From: a bacterium
GTDB lineage: Bacteria > UBA8248
Reading direction: 5' to 3'
DNA: 64,000 bases
Assembly (NCBI GenBank): GCA_965203325.1
Contig: OZ241875.1
Coordinates: 2,912,001-2,976,000 of the forward strand
The translations under genes were made by a program, and so were the position numbers. Shown piece by piece: positions 17,797 to 25,600 of the stretch. Below the pieces are notes generated by a model, which saw only the letters and a list, made by a program, of their open reading frames with translations, ran no database searches and was not told where the DNA came from. Within the stretch, counting starts at the first letter, position 1, and every line of letters starts with the position of its first letter.

Positions 17797-17975
17797 AGTG
17801 TGAGAACCGTTTGCCCTCAATGGGCGCCTTTTATAGAGGAGCCTTTTCTCCCCGGTGGTCAGTTGAAGGATCCCCCGATACTGATTCACTGACATCTCGC
17901 CAAGTGATTCGCCCGAGTTGGGCGGATTCCTTCCTGAATGGGGCATGTCTTTCGGGGCGTGCCCCAAGTCTTTAT
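17797..17975 (+). ncRNA. Putative sigma54-dependent structured small RNA (~170 nt)
   Basis: Downstream of the sigma54 promoter with no credible ORF. Hairpins ATTCGCCC-GAGTT-GGGCGGAT and GGGGCATGTCT-TTCG-GGGCGTGCCCC have G-U pairs only on the + strand. Confidence 0.5.
17940..17975 (+). terminator. UUCG-capped hairpin/terminator between the putative sRNA and the convergent HAD gene
   Basis: 11-bp stem at 17940-17965 followed by a T-rich tract. Confidence 0.6.
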
Positions 17976-18556
17976 TTATCAAGGAGTTGATCGAGAAGGG
18001 CAGGCGCCTCCCGGAGGGTGGGAAGGGTCAGGTCACTGGGAATCGAGGAGGGTTCCGCCAGGTGGACAGACAACATTCCGGCCGCTTCGGCCGCCATCAT
18101 GTCGTATTTCCCGTCCCCGATGACGACGCATTTCGGGGGCGATACGCCGATCGCCTTGGCGCCCGCCAGCAAGGGCCGGGGGTCCGGCTTCCAGTAGCCG
18201 ATATCCCGGGTGATCAGAACCTCGAACGAGACGTTGATTTTTTTCACCATTTTCAGGACATGCCGCTCCGCGTTGTTCGTCACGACCCCGAAGGGGATTC
18301 TTTTCGTTCTCAGGTAAGCGAGCAAATCATGCGCGCCTTCATTCGCCTCAGCCATGTCGGCGGCTCTAAGTTCATGTTTATCAAGGATATCCGATATTTC
18401 ACGCGCACGTTCAGTAGGGAGAGTGGGGAGCAGATCCAGAATGGATACATCTCCGTCGAGCAAGCCCATCTCCTCTTTCATGGCGGGCCAGTCGAAGGCG
18501 GGTTTCGTGAGGGTGCCGTCAAAATCGAGCAGCACACCCTCCATGGTTCGTTTCAT
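17972..18556 (-). CDS. HAD-superfamily hydrolase (phosphatase)
   Basis: LLDFDGTL, VVTNN, KPDP, IGDGKYD. Confidence 0.92.
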   Translation of the reverse strand: MKRTMEGVLLDFDGTLTKPAFDWPAMKEEMGLLDGDVSILDLLPTLPTERAREISDILDKHELRAADMAEANEGAHDLLAYLRTKRIPFGVVTNNAERHVLKMVKKINVSFEVLITRDIGYWKPDPRPLLAGAKAIGVSPPKCVVIGDGKYDMMAAEAAGMLSVHLAEPSSIPSDLTLPTLREAPALLDQLLDK

Positions 18557-18566
18557 TCTAGTTTCC

Positions 18567-19580
18567 TCACAGCACTTTTGAGATTTCATCAGAATCAAAG
18601 CGTTTCAGCGGCGAGGTTTCATCTCCGCGCCGAATCATGATTCCCGATTCAGGCGCGCAGAATTTGCCGATGCGAACACCCGTCGCGCCCGTCGCCGTGA
18701 GCGCTTCCCGAACGATTTCTTCGCCTTCCGCCGGAACCGCCAACAGAAGCGCTCCCGACGTAATGACGCCCAATGGGTTGATATCCAACGCTTTACAAAT
18801 CTCTCCACCCTCAAGGGATATGGGGATACGGCTCTCCTCCACGAGCGCCCCCAAACCCGCTGCCCCCGCCATTTCATGGACGCCGGTGGCGAGGCCGCCC
18901 TCGGTCGGGTCGTGCATCGCGTGTACGGAGCCGGTTCCGGCCGCCGCCAGAGCTTGCGCCACCACGCTGATGCCGGGAGATTCCAGGTATTTTTTCGCAT
19001 TCTCCAGTATCTCGACATCCAGGATGTTTTTCAGAAAATCGTATTTCGCATCCGCCAGGATCGCCGTTCCCTCGACGGGTACAGGGCGCGTAACCAAAAT
19101 AAAATCATCTGCTTGCGCGTCGGCTCCGCGTATCAGATTCTCCTTCGAGACTTCCCCCAGCATGTGGCCCGAGAGAATCGGGAATTCCAGGCCTGAGGTA
19201 ATCTCCGTATGTCCGCCGCATAAGGTGACCCCCAGATCGGCGCATGCGTCTCCCACTTCCTGCCAAATGCGGCTTACCATCGACTCGTCAGTGCGCCCTT
19301 CGGGCAGGAGAAGCGTCATCAGGAACCACAGAGGGGTTGCGCCCATGCAAGCGACGTCGTTCGCGTTCACGTGTACGGCATAGCGTCCGATATGACGCTC
19401 CACGAACGTAATGGGGTCTGATTTCGCGACGAGATAACGCTTTCCCATATCGATGACGGCCGCGTCTTCTCCAACCTGTGGACCCACTACCAGACGCGGA
19501 TGCGAAGTCGTGTTCTTGAGCAGAGCGCCCAGTACGTCCGGCGGAAGCTTGCCTACGGGATATGGAGATCGCTTCACCAT
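18567..19580 (-). CDS. AIR synthase-related (PurM/HypE/ThiL-fold) family protein
   Basis: GKLPP, GEDAAV, KSDPI, VNANDVACMGA, GGHTE, MHDPTEGGL. Confidence 0.88.
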   Translation of the reverse strand: MVKRSPYPVGKLPPDVLGALLKNTTSHPRLVVGPQVGEDAAVIDMGKRYLVAKSDPITFVERHIGRYAVHVNANDVACMGATPLWFLMTLLLPEGRTDESMVSRIWQEVGDACADLGVTLCGGHTEITSGLEFPILSGHMLGEVSKENLIRGADAQADDFILVTRPVPVEGTAILADAKYDFLKNILDVEILENAKKYLESPGISVVAQALAAAGTGSVHAMHDPTEGGLATGVHEMAGAAGLGALVEESRIPISLEGGEICKALDINPLGVITSGALLLAVPAEGEEIVREALTATGATGVRIGKFCAPESGIMIRRGDETSPLKRFDSDEISKVL

Positions 19581-19647
19581 CCTCTTACCATAGGGAGGAG
19601 GTTTCCTCGCATCAAGTCCCGCATCAAGGATGCAAGGCGTTTTCATG

Positions 19648-19676
19648 TTGACGCCTGAGATTGCGCGTTTTAGAAT
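19648..19676 (+). promoter_or_regulatory. sigma70 promoter of tRNA-Phe
   Basis: TTGACG-N17-TAGAAT. Confidence 0.75.
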
Positions 19677-19772
19677 CCCGGCTTCCTGATAAGGGCATGG
19701 AAACGCTTGCCTTTCCGGGAAATGAGCCGATAGGGAACAACCCTTGGTTGTCCGTTGGTTGCTCCACATACT

Positions 19773-19848
<76 letters not shown>

Positions 19849-19866
19849 GAAACGCCCTCGTTCACG

Positions 19867-20430
19867 TCAATCTGCGGCCGTGATTCCCCCGAGTTCGATG
19901 TTTTCGCCGTTCAGTTCAACCGTGCTCGTGAGCGGCACCGCCGTCTGAACCATCTGCTCGGCATAGCAGCCCTGTTTCGCCAACCGGATGATGTTCAGGA
20001 TTTTCTCTTCCGAATCGCTCGATTCGACTTTGAAATGGGTGCGTACCCTTCGGCATCCCGAGTTCACGTCGCCTTTCAGGACGGAACCTTTCAGGAAATA
20101 ATCGAATTCCACGCGGCAGGCGGCCTTCTCGAAGGTCGTTTTCGTCATATGGGCGTACCGCCCAAGCTGGGTCAGCAGTCAGAAGCCGACCCCCATGGCG
20201 ATATACGTGAGAGGTTGCGGATACCTGTCCTCCCCACCGATGCGGGGCGGCTCGTCGCTGAACACCTCGAAATGCCGGAATCGCCCGATTTTGAGCTGCC
20301 CGTCGTCCATCGTCTCCGTCTCCGCGAGCATGGTGATCTCGTAACCGTCTTTGGGTAGTTCTGGCTTGTCGATCGGCCGCTCGCCGGGCACGGTGCTCTC
20401 ATGCCAGGGATAATTGATGCTCTCCACCAT
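19867..20430 (-). CDS. OsmC/Ohr-like protein with in-frame UGA (probable selenocysteine), 187 aa
   Basis: The two listed ORFs are one frame: SDEPPRIGGEDRYPQPLTYIAMGVGF-[TGA 20181-20179]-LLTQLGRYA...AKQGCYAE. The UGA is at the first OsmC catalytic Cys position; GGAGG Shine-Dalgarno before ATG 20430. Confidence 0.82.
20150..20178 (-). promoter_or_regulatory. Bacterial SECIS-like hairpin
   Basis: TGGGCG-GTA-CGCCCA stem-loop with an apical G about 20 nt 3' of the UGA. Confidence 0.65.
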
Positions 20431-20497
20431 GTTTGTCTGTCCTCCCGGGTTTGGATGCGAATGGTTCCATTCACGCAAATGATTGTTTGCAGGGGCG

Positions 20498-21169
20498 TTA
20501 CTCCCATTTCAGCACGCCGATGTAACCCTCCTGCGGAATCCGGACGAGCGGTTCCAGGCCTTCCTCTTTCTTGTGCATCTGGATGGTGTTGAGGTGTGCG
20601 TACGCCTCCCAGAGGATGTGGCGGAACGTGTATTCGAGGTTGAAGTGAAACAGTTCCGTATCTTCGGGGTCGATCCACACGCCGGTGCGGTGGGCTTTCA
20701 GGGTGACGTTTTCGCGCCACCTGCGCACGTCCTCGCCGGTTCCGGGCCGTACCATGCCTTGCGGCACGCGCTCGGTGATGTTTCTCCCGTCGCGGATGGA
20801 TTCGCCCGTCTCGGCTCCCAGCACCTCCCAGGCGAGGCCGAACGAGTCCCGCATGACGCCGATAAGGTCTTGAATTTTCGGGCAATACGCGTCCTTCATC
20901 ATCCGCCCGTCGAAGCGGGTGAGGAGCGCCTCATCGCGCGGGAGGTCGTCTCCGAAGAGGATCGCCCCCCAGCGGACCAGCAGCCACCGATAGGGCAGGG
21001 AAGCCACGTGGCTCACCTGATCGCGGATCGACCAGGCGCCCCAGCCCTTCTCCTCCCTCGTTCTGCGCAAGACCGCCTCGGAGAGGCCTTCCGTCTCTGC
21101 CTCATATAAATCAGCGACTTGGCGGATTTCAGGGAAAAGCGCGCGCGCTGGATTCTCTCGTTCCTGCAT
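20498..21169 (-). CDS. DinB/YfiT-like protein
   Basis: WSIRDQVSHVAS and RHILWEAYAHLNTI His-motifs; GGAGG Shine-Dalgarno. Confidence 0.7.
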   Translation of the reverse strand: MQERENPARALFPEIRQVADLYEAETEGLSEAVLRRTREEKGWGAWSIRDQVSHVASLPYRWLLVRWGAILFGDDLPRDEALLTRFDGRMMKDAYCPKIQDLIGVMRDSFGLAWEVLGAETGESIRDGRNITERVPQGMVRPGTGEDVRRWRENVTLKAHRTGVWIDPEDTELFHFNLEYTFRHILWEAYAHLNTIQMHKKEEGLEPLVRIPQEGYIGVLKWE

Positions 21170-21194
21170 CTTATGGATTCCTCCGGTCGAACGT

Positions 21195-21362
21195 GCAATT
21201 CCCCGCATTTCCGCGCATTTGCCGTTATCGCGGGAGTGGCGGGCCATGGCAGTATTCCCCTGCGCCCCGGTTCGCCGGCGCCATCTCCCGGAAAATAAAT
21301 TTTCAGTTTTTTATCGAATTACCCCGTTAATTTATCGAATTTTCTCGTATTTTTCAGAAATT
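21195..21362 (-). repeat. ~168-bp dispersed non-coding repeat, copy B
   Basis: Reverse complement aligns to 17367-17535. A further gcaaatgcgggctaatgcgc motif at ~21428-21447 could form an imperfect inverted end. Confidence 0.92.
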
Positions 21363-21518
21363 CATTTTTCCCGTTCGATTTCTTCCCGAAGCGCCACCAT
21401 ACCCGACCCGGGACTTCGCCGCCACGCGCAAATGCGGGCTAATGCGCCATCCGCCCCCGTCGGACGCGGGAGGGCGGGGCCCGAACCAGGCCGTCTTCCC
21501 GGAGTCCCGAATGCGGTT

Positions 21519-22265
21519 TCAGCCGCCGAACGCGCGGGCGGCGAGGTAGGCGCCCAGCGCGAGGAGGGAGAGGAAGAAGATTCTGCGGAACAGCCCCTCG
21601 GAGAGCCTCTTCCGGATGCGCTGCCCGGCGGCCATCCCCGCCGTCGCGGGCGCGAGCGCCAGGGTGGAGAGCGCGCCGTGCTCGAGCCGCAGCAGGTCGT
21701 TCGCCTGGAGCGAGAAGGCAAGCGCGAGCGTCGAAACCGTGAAGAGCATCCCCATCGCCTGGATGAGCGCGTCCCGCGGGAGGCCGAGCGCCTGTAAGTA
21801 CATCACCCCCGGCACGACGAACGAACCCGTCATACCCGTCAGGACGCCGTTCACGAGCCCGGCCAGCGGGCCCGCCCACTTCTCGCGGTGCGCTTCGACG
21901 CGGAACCCGAGCCCGAGCAGGTTCGCGGCGGCGTAGGCCGCGAGCAGCAGACCGAGGAGTGCGGAGAGCAGCGCGAAGTCGACGCGCGTCAGCGCGGACG
22001 CTCCGAGCCGCACGGTGACCGCCGCCACCAGCAGGAAGGGCCATATCCGGCGCAGGAGGTCCCGTCCGTGGCCGCCGACGGCCCCCTGCCAGACGTTGGT
22101 CACGAACGATGGGACCAGGAGCAGGGCCATCGCGGTCGGCAGGTCGATCGCCACCGCCAGGACGGCGAGGCTGACCGTCGGGAGACCCAGGCCGATGACT
22201 CCCTTGACCGCGCCCGCGAGCAGGAAGGTCCCGGCGATTACGAGGATGGTGCCGGCGTCGAACAT
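21519..22265 (-). CDS. Sulfite exporter TauE/SafE family membrane protein
   Basis: AGAVKGVIGLGLP, GLVNGVLTGMTG; about 8 TM helices. Confidence 0.9.
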   Translation of the reverse strand: MFDAGTILVIAGTFLLAGAVKGVIGLGLPTVSLAVLAVAIDLPTAMALLLVPSFVTNVWQGAVGGHGRDLLRRIWPFLLVAAVTVRLGASALTRVDFALLSALLGLLLAAYAAANLLGLGFRVEAHREKWAGPLAGLVNGVLTGMTGSFVVPGVMYLQALGLPRDALIQAMGMLFTVSTLALAFSLQANDLLRLEHGALSTLALAPATAGMAAGQRIRKRLSEGLFRRIFFLSLLALGAYLAARAFGG

Positions 22266-22641
22266 CGGGTCCTTCCTTTAGGTCGTTCGCAGAGTTGCCT
22301 GGAGCGGTGCGTTCTCCCCGTCGGATAATGGTTTCACCGTCTCAGTATCGCACGGCCGACGCGGCGGCGCTCCTCTTGCGCGGTTACGATTTTCGGGAGT
22401 ATGATCCGCCTCAACACGAGGTACAGGCCCGAAAAAACAGGTGGAAACGGAAGGCCCAGACACTGGCGCGACCGCAGCCGGTGAGACCGTTTTTCCCTTC
22501 GGCTCGTCCATCCGACGAGCGTTTCCCCACGATACATTTGAACGCATGTCCTCGTTCACGGCGCGAGCCGAGCCATAGGCTCCGATTCGATGAGGACAAA
22601 TACGACATGGCAACTCTCCGGTCACATCAGGGACGTTCGCC

Positions 22642-25600
22642 ATGAAGGCGGAGGGCGCGCCGGCTTCAGGTCGGAACGATTCCTTTCGGCCCCGCTGCCT
22701 GTCGGTGGACCTGGAGGTCAGCAGGAATGGCGTTATCCACGCCTTGGGCGCGGTGCGCTCGGACACCGGCGAGAGCCTGACGCATTCCGGCGGCGGCCTG
22801 ACGGCTGCACTGGCGAAACTCGACGAGCTCGCCGAGGGGGCGTTGTTCATCCTGGGCCACAACCTGATCGCCTTCGACCTGCCGCATCTCATGGCGGCGA
22901 AACCCGATCTGCGGCTGTTGAAGCTGCCGATGGTGGATACGCTGCGCCTCAGCCCCCTCGCCTTTCCCCGCAATCCCTATCATCATCTTGTCAAGCACTA
23001 CCAGGACGGCGGTCTCAAGCGCGGGCGAGTCAACGACCCCGAACTCGACGCCCGCCTCGCGCTGGAGGTCTTCGGCGATCAAGTGAAAGAGCTGCGGAAG
23101 GCGCATCCGGATCTGCTGGTGGCATGGCACTGGCTGACCACACCGGAGCCCGATGGCGCGGACCGCGCCCTGGACGATCTGTTTTCCGGGTTTCGCCGCT
23201 CGCGCCGCCCCTCTGACGCCGAAGCGCGCGCGGCGATAGGCCAGCGGCTCGAAGGCGTTGCCTGCGCGACTTGGGGGCGTGAGATACTGGCGAAAGCAGC
23301 CAGTTTCGGATGGCCGCTTGCCTACGTGCTGGCGTGGCTTTCGGTGGCCGGCGACAACTCGGGCTCGGTCATGCCGCCTTGGGTGCGCCACCAGTTCCCG
23401 GAAGCGGGCGAGCTGGTGCGCCGTCTCCGGGACACCGCATGCGCCGATCCCGCCTGCGTCTGGTGCCGCGAGATGCACGACGCCCGCAAGGAGCTTGCGC
23501 GCCGGTTCGGTCCCAAGATCAAGAATTTTCGGCCGAAGCCGGCGGTCGACGATGGACGTCCCATGCAGCGCGCCATCGTCGAGGCGGCGATGGCGGGGGA
23601 GCACGTCCTCGGCATCCTGCCCACGGGAACCGGCAAGTCGATCTGCTACCAGGTTCCCGCGCTCTCGCGCTACGAGAAGACGGGCACGCTCACGGTGGTC
23701 ATCTCGCCCCTGGTCGCGCTGATGAAAGATCAGGTGGACGGGCTGGAAAAGAAAAAGCGCGGCGTCGGCTGCTGCGTGACCATCAACGGGCTGCTGTCGA
23801 TGCCCGAACGGGCGAACGCGCTCGACCAGGTGCGGCTGGGGGAGGCGGCCATCCTGATAATCTCGCCCGAGCAGCTCCGCTCCCGCTCCCTCCGCCGGGC
23901 GATCGACCAGCGCGAGATCGGCGGCTGGGTGGTGGACGAGGCCCACTGCGTGTCGCAGTGGGGTCACGACTTCCGTCCCGACTACCGTTACGTGGGCCGA
24001 TTCATCCGGGAGAAGGCGGGCGAAGGGTCGGTTCCTCCCGTGCTGTGCCTGACCGCCACCGCCAGGCCCGGCGTCGTCGAGGACGTCAAGCGGCAGTTCC
24101 GGGAGAAGGTCGGGGTCGAGCTCGATGTGTTCGACGGCGGCGCAGAGAGGCCCAACCTGACGTTCGAGGTCATCCCGACCACGGGGGGCGAGAAGTTCGC
24201 CCACGTCCAACAGGTGCTGGAGTCGCACCTGCCGTCCGATGCGCCCGGCGGCGCCATCGTCTATTGCGCGACGCGGCGGGGCAGCGAGGATATCGCCGAA
24301 TTCCTGAAACAGAAAGGCTTGGCGGCGGAGCATTTCCACGCGGGCCTCTCGCCGGAGATCAAGAAGGACGCGCAACAGCGCTTCATCGAGGGCGAGCTGC
24401 GCGTCATCGCGGCGACCAACGCCTTCGGCATGGGGATCGACAAGCCGGACGTGCGCCTGGTCGTCCACGCCGACATACCGGGGTCGCTAGAGAACTATTT
24501 CCAAGAGGCGGGCCGCGCCGGGCGGGATGGGGCGCCGGCGCGGTGCGTGTTGCTCTACACGGCGGAAGACGTGGAAAACAGGTTTGGCATGTCGGCGCGT
24601 TCGCGTCTTACCCGGCGGGAGATACACGGCATTCTCCGGGCCTTGCGCAGCCTGGACCGCAAGAAACGCTCCGGCGGCGAAGTGGTGGCCACGGAGGGCG
24701 AGATACTGGGGGAGGACGAGGAGAACGCGTTCGAGCGCGACTCGGCCACCGACGACACGCGGGTGCGCACCGCCGTCGCATGGCTGGAGGAATCCGAACT
24801 TCTGGCCCGAGAGGAGAACGTGGTGCATGTGTTCCCCTCCTCGCTCCGGGTGGGTTCGGTAGAAGAGGCCAAAGAACGGCTTGCGAAAGCGAACATTACC
24901 CAAGCCTATCGCGGCCAGTTGCTGCGCATCGTCGAAGCGCTTATTGACGCTCCCCCGGACGATGGCGTCAGCACCGACGAATTGATGGGGGTCTCGGGGT
25001 TGAGTTCCGAGGGCGTGCGGGGCGCATTGCACGATCTGGAGCGGCTGGGCATCGCCAGCAACGACACCGCGCTCACCGCGTTCGTCCATGCCGGCGTGGA
25101 GCGCCATTCCCAAAAGCGCCTCGAAGAAGCGGTGGCGTTGGAGGCCGCTCTGATCAGGCACATGCGCGAGGCGGCGCCGGATATGAGGAAGGGAGAGGCG
25201 TGGACGCTGCATCTGCGCATCGCCGCCCAGAAGCTGAGGGATGAGGGCTTGCCCGACCCGCTGCCGGAACGGCTCTGGCGCATCCTCCGAGGTATCGCCC
25301 GGGACGGCCGCGGCGAGGACGGCGCGGGCGGGAGCCTGACGGTGCGGAAACGGGACGCGGAGACGGCGCAGGTGACGCTGCGGCGGGAATGGGGAGACTT
25401 GGAGGAGACGGCGGAACTCAGGCGCGCGGCGGCCTCACGGCTGCTGGAGCATCTGCTCGCCTGCCTGCCGCCGGGGAGCCGCGGCGTGGATCTGCTGGCG
25501 GCAACCACGCTCGGCAAGCTGTTGGAGGCGATCCAGTCCGACCTGATCCTGAAGAGCAGGGCCCGCCACCCCGACAAACTCCTGGACCGCGCCCTGCTGT

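Noticed and set aside
17721..17990. 89-aa ORF as the product of the sigma54 promoter
   Set aside because: It starts upstream of the promoter, runs through the terminal hairpin into the convergent gene, and has no Shine-Dalgarno or protein-like features.
18567..19580. AIR-synthase-fold gene as selenophosphate synthetase SelD, given the nearby UGA gene
   Set aside because: It lacks the N-terminal Cys/Sec-x-x-Lys motif and fits the generic AIR synthase-related family.
19867..20478. OsmC region as two small genes or a nonsense pseudogene
   Set aside because: A single UGA exactly at the catalytic Cys plus a downstream hairpin fits Sec recoding better.
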